From positions 640,001 through 704,000 of the forward strand of contig CAVYTU010000014.1 in assembly GCA_963771465.1 (NCBI GenBank): a stretch of 64,000 bases of DNA, read 5' to 3'. The translations under genes and the position numbers were made by a program. Below the pieces are notes generated by a model. It saw nothing but the letters and a program-made list of their open reading frames with translations. It was not told where the DNA came from and did not search any database. Below, one piece after another: positions 38,558 to 48,498 of the stretch (position 1 is its first letter; the number at the start of each line of letters is the position of its first letter). Origin of the DNA: an uncultured delta proteobacterium (GTDB lineage: Bacteria; Desulfobacterota; Binatia; UBA9968).

Positions 38558-39571
38558 TTAACCTTCTGCCTTGATATATTTTCCCATCTCGCGCAGCGTC
38601 TCCGGTGTCTGATTGAATAACGCATTAAAATCTTTCGTTACCTGTTCGTGAGTTATGAGGGAAAAATCGATCCGTGCTCGCTTTGCTTCAGCGAGCAGTT
38701 CGGGATCCTTGATCGCTTTGGCAAATGCTTCGCGCAGTATCGCCACACGATCTTTGGGTGTATTGGGATGAACGGCAAACGCGCGGCCGATCGCCAGAGG
38801 TAGTCCTTTGATCGACATGAGCGATTTACCGAGCGCGCTGGTCGCTAAGTCTTCATCGACCGGCAAGTTTTCATAGCCTGGCAATGCCGTGCGGCCGCGC
38901 ACCAGCGGTCTGACGGCGCCGCGGTCGGCGGCGAGTTTGATAGTCGTTGCCAACGCCGACCAGACATCAACTTCTTTACGCTCGATGGCAAGCAGGACGT
39001 CGCTATTGGCGGGATAACCGGAGACTAATTTTAGCTTGGCACCGGCGAATTCCTTGAGCAGCAGGGGAAAATCGTGTGCGTTGGAACCTGGACCCGTGGT
39101 GCCGGCAACTAGTTCGCGGTCAGCTTTCTTCATCTCGTCAAAGGTTTTATAGGGCAGGTCCGGGCGGATCGAGAACATCACACCGTCGGCGCCCGAGGAG
39201 CCGAGCCATTGAAACTTGCGGGCGTCAAAACGTACCTGCGGAATTTTTGACAACTGCGCGATGGCGACATTTGGATTAGCCGCGAGTATAGTCAGGCCGT
39301 CTGACTTGGCGACGTTGTACACATTATTCGTCGCCAGCAAGTGGGCTGCGCCGGGCATATGCTGCAAGATTACCGCCGGTTTGCCGGGAATATATTTCCC
39401 CAAGTGGTGCGCCACGATAAGCGCGGCGATCTCGAGGCTGCCGCTCTTGGCGCCGATCAGAATGGTGACAGCTTTGGCGTCGTAAAAATTCGCCTGTCCC
39501 CAAGCCGGTGCGCCTGCAAGAATCAGCCAAGTCAAAAGCGAATAGGCGGTTATTTGCCGAGCGATGTTCAT
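38558..39571 (-). CDS. tctC: TctC/Bug family substrate-binding protein
   Basis: Signal peptide, HLGKYIPGKP, MPGA, SDGLTI, VSGYP, AIERKEVD; ATG 39571 after GGAGG. Confidence 0.8.
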   Translation of the reverse strand: MNIARQITAYSLLTWLILAGAPAWGQANFYDAKAVTILIGAKSGSLEIAALIVAHHLGKYIPGKPAVILQHMPGAAHLLATNNVYNVAKSDGLTILAANPNVAIAQLSKIPQVRFDARKFQWLGSSGADGVMFSIRPDLPYKTFDEMKKADRELVAGTTGPGSNAHDFPLLLKEFAGAKLKLVSGYPANSDVLLAIERKEVDVWSALATTIKLAADRGAVRPLVRGRTALPGYENLPVDEDLATSALGKSLMSIKGLPLAIGRAFAVHPNTPKDRVAILREAFAKAIKDPELLAEAKRARIDFSLITHEQVTKDFNALFNQTPETLREMGKYIKAEG

Positions 39572-39671
39572 GCAATCCTCCTGCAAGACGATTAGGTTAA
39601 TGCCAACGATTTTACCGAAGCGACACGAGGGTATGTGATTCCGACAACGCGAGTCAAGCCGATTTCCAGGT

Positions 39672-40148
39672 TTACAGGCCGAGCCAAGCTTGCAGCGCAC
39701 CTTGCTCGAATTGTAAATGCACCAGTCTTTGAAACAGCGCGTAAAACACGACCCAAGTGATTGCCGTTGCTGCAATTGTCGGAAGCGAGCTGACGCCACT
39801 TTCAAAGCGGAGATAAAAGCAAATAAACAGCGGCACGGTGAGCGGAAAGCCGATCATGTAAACACAGAAAATAAAGCCGGCGATCCAAGCAAACGCCGAA
39901 ATCACGCGCTGGCGCTCGATCTCGGGCGGAACGTCGCTGGAGAACTCCAAATCGACCGCCGAGCTCTCGATAATATCTTCCTTCCCGACCAGCAGCTGCA
40001 CGAGTTGAATCCCGGCTAAGAGCAACAGGGGAATACTTACGGACAAGGGGAAGAGCGCCGCTTTGAATGGCCAATCGAGTGCTAGGTAGATCGCCGTAGT
40101 AGCAACGAAGATGAGGAAAACACAGAAGAGTGCGCGGCCCTTATGCAT
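39672..40148 (-). CDS. tctB: TctB family small membrane subunit
   Basis: About 4 TM segments, AALFP, between tctA and tctC. Confidence 0.8.
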   Translation of the reverse strand: MHKGRALFCVFLIFVATTAIYLALDWPFKAALFPLSVSIPLLLLAGIQLVQLLVGKEDIIESSAVDLEFSSDVPPEIERQRVISAFAWIAGFIFCVYMIGFPLTVPLFICFYLRFESGVSSLPTIAATAITWVVFYALFQRLVHLQFEQGALQAWLGL

Positions 40149-41652
40149 TGGCCGTGCTCTGGGCGCGCTGGCGCCGCTTTTGGATATACGGATAGGCGAT
40201 CACGAAAACCATTAGAATAATCAGCGCGATGACCATCGGCTGCTTCAACCAGGTGAACCCGTAACGGGCCACTGAAATAAAAAAATAAGTCTCGATAACT
40301 TTGCCTAAGACGAAGCCGAGAACAAAGGGCGGACGCGGCCAACCGAACAGCACCATAAAATAGCTGAGCACGCCGAAGATCAGCGTGACGATCAGATCGG
40401 TGATCTGGCCGTTGGCGGTGTAACTGCCGACGAAGACCAGCAGCAAAACAAAAGGGATGATGAGGCCGCCGCGCACGTTGGTTACTTTGGCCAGTTGATC
40501 GAGAATCGTTAGGCACAGGAGCACGGCGATGATGTTGGCGATTACCAATGTCCAAACCATCGAGAACGTGATCGACAGATGCTTGGTGAGCATGTCTGGA
40601 CCAGGTGAAAGGCCCATGATCAAAAAGGCGCTCAGCAAAATCGCCATCGCTCCACTACCGGGAACGCCGAAAGCGACGGTGGGTATGAGCTCGCCTCCCT
40701 CTTTCGAATTATTCGCCGCGCCTGGTCCCAGAACGCCGCGCACATCGCCTTTGCCGAAGCGTTCTCGGTCCTTGGCATCCTTGGCGCCTTGCACGGCGTG
40801 AGCGTAGGCCATCCATTGGGCAACGCCACCACCGGCTCCCGGCAGGATGCCGACGAATACTCCAACCACCGAGCAGCGAACCACCAGCCAAAAATGGCGA
40901 AAAGTATCTTTGATCCCTGCCATGACGCCGCTGCTCAAATTCTCCGCCGGCCGCTGGCCGGCGATCGAAGTGCCGCGCACGGTGAGATCGATAATTTCAG
41001 GAATCGCAAAAACACCGACCAGCACGGGCACGAAATCCAAGCCGTCCCAGAGATACATCAGACCCATATCGAAGCGTAGGGAACCGGACTGGCGCTCCTG
41101 GCCGATGGTCGAGACCAGAAGCCCAAGCAGCCCCATGGCGAAGCCCTTGATTTGTCCGCGCGCGCCGGCGCCGCTGAGCGACGTGATGCAGGAAATACCG
41201 ATGACGGCCAACATGAACAGCTCCGGCGAGCCGAAGGCGAGCACCAGCGGCCGGACAATCGGAATTGCCAACGCTAAAGCGACCGCGCCGATGAGCGCGC
41301 CAACTAACGAGCTCATGAGCGCCGCGCCGAGGGCGCGACCCGCCTCGCCATTTTTCGCCATTGGATGACCGTCGACCACCGTGGCGGCCGAAATCGCTTC
41401 ACCGGGCACGCCGAAAAGCACCGAGGTGATATCACCGGTGGTTGCGGCGACGGCATGCATGCCGAGCAAAAACGCGAACGCCTCCGCCGGCTGCATTTTG
41501 AAAACAAATGGGATCATCAAGGCGAGAGTGGCGGCGCCGCCGATGCCTGGCAGTAAGCCGACACAGAAGCCGAGCAGCATGCCGACCAGCATCAAGCTGA
41601 AAGCTTTCCACTGTAAGACAAGGAACAAACCGTCGATGAAGGCGTCGAACAT
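40141..41652 (-). CDS. tctA: Tripartite tricarboxylate transporter permease TctA
   Basis: VGLLPGIGG, FGVPGE, DGHPMAKNG, AANNSKEGG, PTVAFGVPG. Confidence 0.92.
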   Translation of the reverse strand: MFDAFIDGLFLVLQWKAFSLMLVGMLLGFCVGLLPGIGGAATLALMIPFVFKMQPAEAFAFLLGMHAVAATTGDITSVLFGVPGEAISAATVVDGHPMAKNGEAGRALGAALMSSLVGALIGAVALALAIPIVRPLVLAFGSPELFMLAVIGISCITSLSGAGARGQIKGFAMGLLGLLVSTIGQERQSGSLRFDMGLMYLWDGLDFVPVLVGVFAIPEIIDLTVRGTSIAGQRPAENLSSGVMAGIKDTFRHFWLVVRCSVVGVFVGILPGAGGGVAQWMAYAHAVQGAKDAKDRERFGKGDVRGVLGPGAANNSKEGGELIPTVAFGVPGSGAMAILLSAFLIMGLSPGPDMLTKHLSITFSMVWTLVIANIIAVLLCLTILDQLAKVTNVRGGLIIPFVLLLVFVGSYTANGQITDLIVTLIFGVLSYFMVLFGWPRPPFVLGFVLGKVIETYFFISVARYGFTWLKQPMVIALIILMVFVIAYPYIQKRRQRAQSTANA

Positions 41653-41731
41653 GATCGCGTGCTGCCTCGGCTAAGGTCAATGATTTACCTCGCAAATCTT
41701 GAAACACGGTTGCGAAGCAAAATCCCGCGCG

Positions 41732-41761
41732 ACTATACGGGACGAAAGAATTTACTGTCAA
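41732..41761 (-). promoter_or_regulatory. Putative sigma-70 promoter of the tctA-led operon
   Basis: Minus strand TTGACA-N18-TATAGT about 80 bp upstream of tctA. Confidence 0.55.
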
Positions 41762-41965
41762 GGAAAGAAACAGGAAAGAAAAACGTTCATCCCGGATGCC
41801 GCAGTTGAAATTGAATCAGCGAGCCCGCAATTACTTCAACGGCGCCGTCCGGCTTAATTGTCGCAAGCGAAATCCAATTACGTTCCAGCATGCGGCGATT
41901 CTAAACTATGGCTCTGGCGACCAACTTAGAGATTTCGTGCTGCGAGGCGCGGGTTTAACAGGAAC

Positions 41966-44434
41966 CTAATGCGGTAAACCGAGGCTCATTTGGGTAATCG
42001 CGTGGGGCGGTAGGTTCGCCAAGAGCTCCATGATCGCTTCGTAGTTTACCGGCTTGGTCAGATGAGCGTCGAAACCCGCGTCGTGGGTGCGCTGGCGGTC
42101 TTGTTGTTGGCCCCATCCGGTAAGCGCGATCAGCACCATATGCTTGCCCCAAGGCTGCTCGCGAATCTTGCGGGCGGCCTCGTAGCCGTCGAGCTTGGGC
42201 ATGGCGATATCGAGCACGACCACGTCTGGGAGAAAGCGAGCGGCGCTTTCCACGGCTTCGATACCGTCCTGGGCGACTTCTACTTCATTGCCTTCTTGGC
42301 GTAGCAATCGCGCCAGGGTTTCCGCGGATTGGGGGAAGTCATCGGCCACCAAGATGCGCCGGCGGAGAAGCGGCACGACATCGCCATTGTATTGGAGATG
42401 TTGCTCTGTCCGTTTCGAGTGATAAGGCAAAACCGGCAGCTGCACGATGAATTCGCTGCCGCGGTTGAGCCCGGCGCTACGCGCTTCGACCTTGCCGCCG
42501 TGCAGTTCAACCAGACGATGGACCAAGGTTAAACCCAATCCCAGGCCGCCCTCCGAGCGCGTGAAGGATCGGTCCACTTGGTAAAATAGATCGAAAAGGT
42601 GCGGCAAATTTTCGGCTGCGATGCCGACGCCGGTATCTTTGACCCGCACTTCGACGGTGTCGCCAGCGCGTTCGACGTTGAGCCAAATATGGCCCGGGTC
42701 GGGCGTGTACTTGGCGGCATTATTCAACAAGTTCATGACCACTTGGGTCAATCTAACCCGGTCGGCGTCGAGATAGATGGCGTCCTGCGACATGATCACG
42801 GTCAGCTCATGTTTGCGCTGGTCAATCAATGGCCGGCAAGATTCCACCGCGGCGCGAATCACTTCCGGCAAGTTCACTGGCTCTTTCTGGAGATCGAGTT
42901 TTTCTCTAGTGATGCGGCTCACATCGAAGAGATCGTCGGTCAACCGGGTCAGGTAGTTGACCTGCCGCTCAATGATGTCTCTGCCCCAGCGAGGATCCGC
43001 CTCGGGCGAGTGAGCGCCCTGTTGGAGCGCGACGATATTGCGCATGAGTGAAAGGGGATTACGCAGCTCATGGGCGAGGGTCGCCAAAAATTCATCCTTG
43101 CGCCGGTCGGCGTCGCGCAACGCCGCATCGCTTTCCATGAGTGCCTTGTCGAGTTGCAGTTTTTCCACCGCGAGCCAAGTGCGTTCGGCGACCAGGTTGA
43201 CCAGTGCGATCTCGCGCTCGTTCCATTCATGGGGTTCAGCCATGGCGACCACCAACGCCGAGACGAGTTCGCTGTTGCGCACCAACGGCGCGGCTACATA
43301 GGCTTCGACGCCGAGTTTGCGGTAGCCATCGAGGAATTCCGCGGAGCGCGGATCACGACTGACGTCGCTGATAACCGTGGTCTGACCGGAGCGACCGGCC
43401 TCGATGACCGTCGGACTGAATCCACTCAGCGGGTAACTGCCGACCAGCGAAGGTACATGCGGATGGTAATCACGCTGCACGGTGCAGCGGTCGCGCTTGC
43501 TATCGATCTCAATGAAGCCGGAGCGGTTTGCCTCCAGGTGTTCGCCGAGAGCAACGGCGACCGCCCAGAGCAACTCATCGGCATCCGCTGCGAAGCGGAT
43601 GCATTCACCCAAGTCGAGTAGAAACAAAGTATTCGCCTCGGCTTGTTTTCGGCGGGTAATATCGCGGACAGCGACGTTGACCCCCAAAAGATCGCCGGTG
43701 CTGTTGTGCACCGGGTAATAACTACAAAGCCAGTGGCGTATCTCCACCGGCACAGCCGGACTTATGCCGGTGATTTCAACGTCGATGACCGGTTGCCCTG
43801 TATCGATGGCGCGACGGTAATGAGCTTCAATGATATCGGCAAGCTCAGGGACGACTTCGCGGACGGTTTTACCGAGAAAAAATTCGGGCGTGTGCGAGTG
43901 CATCTCCGCCAGCGCGTTGTTGATCGAGACGTAGCGCAGGTCGCGATCGACAAAACACAATCCCACCGGAGCCGAAGCATAGATGGTATTGATCAACGCC
44001 AAACGCTCGTTGGCGATGCGTTCGCTGTCGCGCATCTCTTCTCGGACGCGCCGATGGCGCAATCCAAGGGTGGTCACGCTCCAAATCATGACGATCGCTA
44101 ATCCGTAATTGACGAATTGAAGCCAACCGGGCGCACTGGCGTTGCGTGATGCCATGTAGTAGTCGATGGACAGCAACAACGTGCACACCGCCGCGACTAC
44201 GATTTTTTCCGCTTTGCCTGGGAGGGCGACCACGAGGACCAGCGTGGCAACGTAGCAAATCGGAATTGCCAACTGATTGGGCGACCAGAGATCGATAAGG
44301 AAAATCAGCGTCACCACCAAAGGAGCCAGTAACCAGGAAAATAACCGGCGCATGGACGAGGGTGATGTAGCTTGACGCTCCCCTTTGCGAAGACCTGGGT
44401 CCGAGAGCACTATTGGCCGTTCGGTGTTTGGCAT
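41966..44434 (-). CDS. Hybrid sensor histidine kinase (TM-PAS-GAF-HisKA-HATPase-REC)
   Basis: N-terminal TM segments, PAS APVGLCFVD, GAF, FLATLAHELRNPL, NLLNNAAKY, DTGVGI, GLGLGL, LDIAMP; start uncertain (44470/44434/44353). Confidence 0.92.
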   Translation of the reverse strand: MPNTERPIVLSDPGLRKGERQATSPSSMRRLFSWLLAPLVVTLIFLIDLWSPNQLAIPICYVATLVLVVALPGKAEKIVVAAVCTLLLSIDYYMASRNASAPGWLQFVNYGLAIVMIWSVTTLGLRHRRVREEMRDSERIANERLALINTIYASAPVGLCFVDRDLRYVSINNALAEMHSHTPEFFLGKTVREVVPELADIIEAHYRRAIDTGQPVIDVEITGISPAVPVEIRHWLCSYYPVHNSTGDLLGVNVAVRDITRRKQAEANTLFLLDLGECIRFAADADELLWAVAVALGEHLEANRSGFIEIDSKRDRCTVQRDYHPHVPSLVGSYPLSGFSPTVIEAGRSGQTTVISDVSRDPRSAEFLDGYRKLGVEAYVAAPLVRNSELVSALVVAMAEPHEWNEREIALVNLVAERTWLAVEKLQLDKALMESDAALRDADRRKDEFLATLAHELRNPLSLMRNIVALQQGAHSPEADPRWGRDIIERQVNYLTRLTDDLFDVSRITREKLDLQKEPVNLPEVIRAAVESCRPLIDQRKHELTVIMSQDAIYLDADRVRLTQVVMNLLNNAAKYTPDPGHIWLNVERAGDTVEVRVKDTGVGIAAENLPHLFDLFYQVDRSFTRSEGGLGLGLTLVHRLVELHGGKVEARSAGLNRGSEFIVQLPVLPYHSKRTEQHLQYNGDVVPLLRRRILVADDFPQSAETLARLLRQEGNEVEVAQDGIEAVESAARFLPDVVVLDIAMPKLDGYEAARKIREQPWGKHMVLIALTGWGQQQDRQRTHDAGFDAHLTKPVNYEAIMELLANLPPHAITQMSLGLPH

Positions 44435-44700
44435 AGATATAGAATACCGCCACTGAGCTAAAAAATTCATTTTACCAAACCGATTCGGTAACCTACAAGC
44501 TAAATTGTAAATTAACGAGGTAAATCGTCGGCGTATGCTTCGACTGGCCGCGCTTTTGGACTTGGCGCTGCCGGACTAGCAATGGAGTCGGTTCGCCGGG
44601 GAGAGGAATTGGGCTCCGACTTGGCATCGGCGCCATGCTTGACAAGCTCGACGGGCCAGACAATAGATGACGGAGTTTATTATTACCGGGGACCAAGCCG

Positions 44701-46299
44701 ATGGCCAATGAAAAAAAGTATTACCGTGACTTTCGCGCGCACTTAACGGCGCTCGAGGAGCGCGGCAAACTGGTGCGCATCAAGCGCGAAATTAATAAGG
44801 ACACCGAACTGATGCCGCTGGTGCGTTGGCAGTTTCGCGGCTTGGAAGAACGCGACCGCAAAGCGTTCATGTTCGAGAACGTCGTCGATTCAAAGGGCCG
44901 GCGATTCGCTATGCCCGTCACCGTAGGAACCTTAGCGGCGACCACCGAAATTTACGCCATCGGCATGATGTGCGAACCGGACGCGATCCACGAACGCTGG
45001 ACACAGGCACAGCTAAATCCCATCGAGCCGGTGACGGTGCGATCGGCGCCGGTGCACGAGATTATCTGGCAGGGCGCTGACCTATTCAATGGCCATGGCC
45101 TCGACATGATCCCGGTGCCGATCTCGACGCCGGGTTTCGACAATGCGCCTTATCTTAGCTCCGCCAACTGGATCACCAAGGATCCGGACACCGGTATTTA
45201 TAACATCGGCAATTATCGCAGCCAGATCAAATCCGCCGATCGCACCGGCGGCCTGTTCACCTCGCAGCATATGGGGCAACACTGGCGCAAAGCCAAAGCC
45301 AAGGGTCGGCGGCTCGAAGCGTGCATCGCGATCGGCGTGACGCCGAATATCGCTTATTCGGCCACGGCGAAGATTCCCTACGATTTCGACGAGTATCGGC
45401 TTGCCGGCGGGCTGGCGGGAGAACCCGTTGAACTCGTGCGGGCGAAATCGGTCGACTTGCTGGTGCCGGCGACGGCGGAAATCATTATCGAAGGAACGAT
45501 TCCCACAGATGTTGTCGAACCGGAAGGGCCGTTCGGCGAGTATCCTGGCTACATGGGTCATCGCACGGTATCGCCGTTCCTCGAAGTGACCTGCATCACG
45601 CAGCGAAAAGACGCCATCTATACGGCTCTCATGAGTCAGTTCCCACCGAGCGAATCGAGCAAGATCAAACACACGGGCACCGAAAAAATCATCTACAAAT
45701 ATATTCGCCACGACAGCGGCAACTCAGCGGTCATCGATGTCGCGCTGCACGATGAAGTCAGCGGCAGCGGGCAAGCTTATTGTGTGATCAAGATGCGCAA
45801 CGGATCGAAGGCCGACGCCTGGCGCGCGCTCAATGCGTCAGCGGGTTTTACCGGTAGTTACGCCAAGGTTTGTATCGCCGTCGACGACGACATCGATATC
45901 CGCGATCCGGCCATGGTCAATTGGGCGATCTGTTACAACATGCGGCCCGATGAAGATGTCGCCATCGCCAAAGGCAAGATGCCGGGGCTCGATCCGTCGA
46001 CCTATCCACCGGGCACGGAGAGCGAGGACAGACAGCCGCGCTCGACTTCGGCGTTGCTCATAAACGCCGTACGGCCGTGGCCCTATACGCCGGTGTCGCT
46101 GCCAAAAAAACAGTTCATGGAACGGTCCAAACAGATTTGGGAGGAACTCGAACTGCCGCCGCTAAAACCGCGCACGCCGTGGTACGGCTACAGCCTCGGT
46201 GCCTGGACGAAAGAGGACGAAGACGAGGCGGATTTGGCGGTTAAGGGCGATTATTTTGAGACCGGCAAAAAGCAGACGGGGCAGAGGAAGAAGACGTAA
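44701..46299 (+). CDS. UbiD family (prFMN-dependent) decarboxylase
   Basis: DFRAHL..GKLVRI, NIGNYR, VPATAEIIIEG, EGPFGEYPGY, VDDDID. Confidence 0.92.
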   Translation: MANEKKYYRDFRAHLTALEERGKLVRIKREINKDTELMPLVRWQFRGLEERDRKAFMFENVVDSKGRRFAMPVTVGTLAATTEIYAIGMMCEPDAIHERWTQAQLNPIEPVTVRSAPVHEIIWQGADLFNGHGLDMIPVPISTPGFDNAPYLSSANWITKDPDTGIYNIGNYRSQIKSADRTGGLFTSQHMGQHWRKAKAKGRRLEACIAIGVTPNIAYSATAKIPYDFDEYRLAGGLAGEPVELVRAKSVDLLVPATAEIIIEGTIPTDVVEPEGPFGEYPGYMGHRTVSPFLEVTCITQRKDAIYTALMSQFPPSESSKIKHTGTEKIIYKYIRHDSGNSAVIDVALHDEVSGSGQAYCVIKMRNGSKADAWRALNASAGFTGSYAKVCIAVDDDIDIRDPAMVNWAICYNMRPDEDVAIAKGKMPGLDPSTYPPGTESEDRQPRSTSALLINAVRPWPYTPVSLPKKQFMERSKQIWEELELPPLKPRTPWYGYSLGAWTKEDEDEADLAVKGDYFETGKKQTGQRKKT

Positions 46300-46334
46300 A
46301 TCGACTGCATTGATTCCATTCGTCAGGTCGCCTA

Positions 46335-46787
46335 TCAGAAGAGTCCCGGTACCCAACGTCTCACATGGGTCAAATAGTCCGCGTAGGGTTGGCCTAGGCG
46401 CGGAACGAGTTTTTTCTCGTCGCCAATAACTCGCAGGTGAAACCAGGTGGCGGTACCGATGGTCAGCAGCCCAGCGAGCCAGGATTTTAGCGTCAAGGTC
46501 AGGCCGATGAGAAATATGATGTGGCCCAAGTACATGGGATTGCGTGTCAGGGCATAGGGACCGGTCGATACCAGACGCTCGGGTGGTGTTTCCAACCCCG
46601 GTCCGCCACCGCCAATGCGAATTCGATAGCGACCGCACAGCCGATATTGCAGATAGCCCCAGATCATCAATGGTGTGAACCAGAGACTAGGCTGGAATTG
46701 ATTGCCATTCACGGCCAGCTCCCAGAGTAGTGAAACGACGGGATAGACGACGAAGCTACGAACCGGCGTGCGGCTAAGAAATCTCAT
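46335..46787 (-). CDS. Isoprenylcysteine carboxyl methyltransferase (ICMT/PEMT) family membrane protein
   Basis: LVSTGPYALTRNPMYLG, GQPYADY..VRRW. Confidence 0.85.
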   Translation of the reverse strand: MRFLSRTPVRSFVVYPVVSLLWELAVNGNQFQPSLWFTPLMIWGYLQYRLCGRYRIRIGGGGPGLETPPERLVSTGPYALTRNPMYLGHIIFLIGLTLTLKSWLAGLLTIGTATWFHLRVIGDEKKLVPRLGQPYADYLTHVRRWVPGLF

Positions 46788-46802
46788 TTTGCCTTCCTCA
46801 CG

Positions 46803-47555
46803 ATGTCTTTCGATCTAACACATGTTCTCATCGGTGTCGCGCTGCTGTTTGCGGCCTTCGTGAAGGGTGCGACCGGTCTGGGCTTTCCCTTAATCGCAAC
46901 GCCCACCGTCGCGTTGCTATTGGACATCCGCACCGCCGTGACTATTCTGATCCTGCCAAATCTCTTGATGGACGTGACGCAAGTCTTTCGCGACGGCTTT
47001 CCCTACGCCGTCCTGCGCCGTTTCAAATCGATGGTTGGGTTGACCATCGTGGGGGTTTTCCTCGGCACGATGGTGTTGATGATGTTGCCGCTTTGGGTGC
47101 TCAATTTCTGCCTTGGGATCATGGTGATTGTCTTTGTCGTATCGAGTTTGCTCAAATACGACTTCACCATCTCTCCCGGCGCCGAAAAAAAACTCTCGCC
47201 AATATTCGGATTCCTAAGCGGATTCTTAAACGGCATGACCAATGCCGCGGGGCCGATATTGGCGATTTACTTCTACAGCCTGAAACTCGAGAAGCGCGAC
47301 TTCGTGAAATCGGTCGCGACGATTTTCATGATCACCAAGGCCACTCAGTTGATCGCAGTGTCGACCTGGAATCTTTTCAACTGGAATACCATCACGCTGT
47401 CGATCCAAGTTGTGCTCTTCACGCTGCTCGGTTTTTTTGCCGGTCTGAAAACCCAGGACCGGGTGAACCAGAAGACTTTTAGCCGCGGCTTACTAGTGCT
47501 GCTGTCGATCATCGGCGTGATTTTGATTACGCGGGCGCTAACGCAGGCGCGTTGA
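46803..47555 (+). CDS. TauE/SafE family exporter
   Basis: FVKGATGLGFPLI, SGFLNGMTNAAGP, about 8 TM segments. Confidence 0.85.
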   Translation: MSFDLTHVLIGVALLFAAFVKGATGLGFPLIATPTVALLLDIRTAVTILILPNLLMDVTQVFRDGFPYAVLRRFKSMVGLTIVGVFLGTMVLMMLPLWVLNFCLGIMVIVFVVSSLLKYDFTISPGAEKKLSPIFGFLSGFLNGMTNAAGPILAIYFYSLKLEKRDFVKSVATIFMITKATQLIAVSTWNLFNWNTITLSIQVVLFTLLGFFAGLKTQDRVNQKTFSRGLLVLLSIIGVILITRALTQAR

Positions 47556-47624
47556 CGGCGCCATTCGGATTTCTTTGAATCGAGCTGGAAAATCGGCTAG
47601 CCGGCAACAAGAAGCAGAGATCGG

Positions 47625-48347
47625 CTATAGCGTCGGTGCGTAGAGGTTATCCGGCAGGTCACGGATGTAATCGATCGCTTCTTTGAGCGAGATCACGTCG
47701 GCGTATTTCATCGCCATGTCGAACAGATTGATTTTGTGCGAAGCTTCGCCGCGGTCGAAAACACATTCTTCGATGACGGTTACTTTCATGTTGTAGGAGA
47801 ATGCGTCGATGACGCTGGCGCGCACGCAGCCGCTGGTTGTCGTGCCGCAGACCAGCAGACTGTCGGCATGGACCTCCGTGAGCATGCTCATGAGCGGCGT
47901 GCCGAAGAAAGCGCTGGGCTTTTGTTTGTGAACGACGATGTCGCCCGGCTGAGGCGCGATCTCTTCGACGATCTGATTGGCTTTCTCCCATTGCTCGGTC
48001 ATGTCTTCCGTGGTTCGGTTGCTTTTGGCCGCCCAACCGCCAACCAGAACCGTACTGTTGGCGCGATTCTCCTCGGCGGTGGTGTAAAACGTAGGTACGT
48101 GCTTCTGGCGTGCTTCGGTAAGCAATTCGCGGATTTTATAAACCCCTTCCCAGCCTTCTTCACCACAGCTGGTGCGAAACCGTTTGATCGATTGCAAAAT
48201 GGGCTCGGGCTTATCGCCGGTGAAATTATAATTGACATCGATGATCAATAGCGCGGGGCGCCGGCCCAAGCCGGCTTTCTTGCCGAAACCGGAGAGCGCG
48301 AAAACCTCTTTGTCGCGCGGCGTGAGTATATCGTCCCAACTTGCCAT
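47625..48347 (-). CDS. Isochorismatase family cysteine hydrolase
   Basis: PALLIIDV, KQKPSAFFGT, GTTTSGCVRASVIDA. Confidence 0.9.
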   Translation of the reverse strand: MASWDDILTPRDKEVFALSGFGKKAGLGRRPALLIIDVNYNFTGDKPEPILQSIKRFRTSCGEEGWEGVYKIRELLTEARQKHVPTFYTTAEENRANSTVLVGGWAAKSNRTTEDMTEQWEKANQIVEEIAPQPGDIVVHKQKPSAFFGTPLMSMLTEVHADSLLVCGTTTSGCVRASVIDAFSYNMKVTVIEECVFDRGEASHKINLFDMAMKYADVISLKEAIDYIRDLPDNLYAPTL

Positions 48348-48498
48348 GTCATGCCTCCAAGTGTTCATGCGCTGATGCCGAATGTTCATCGCAATAGGGC
48401 GGTGATGTCAAGCCGTAAAAAAGCCGGTCTGTTTGGCTGGCTCTCGGAAATCGAATCCCTTATAAGGATTGAGCCGGCGGAAATAGTTTGATAGGCGG

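Noticed and set aside
39572-39805. 78-aa N-terminal extension of tctC in the ORF track
   Set aside because: Overlaps tctB; SD and signal peptide support ATG 39571
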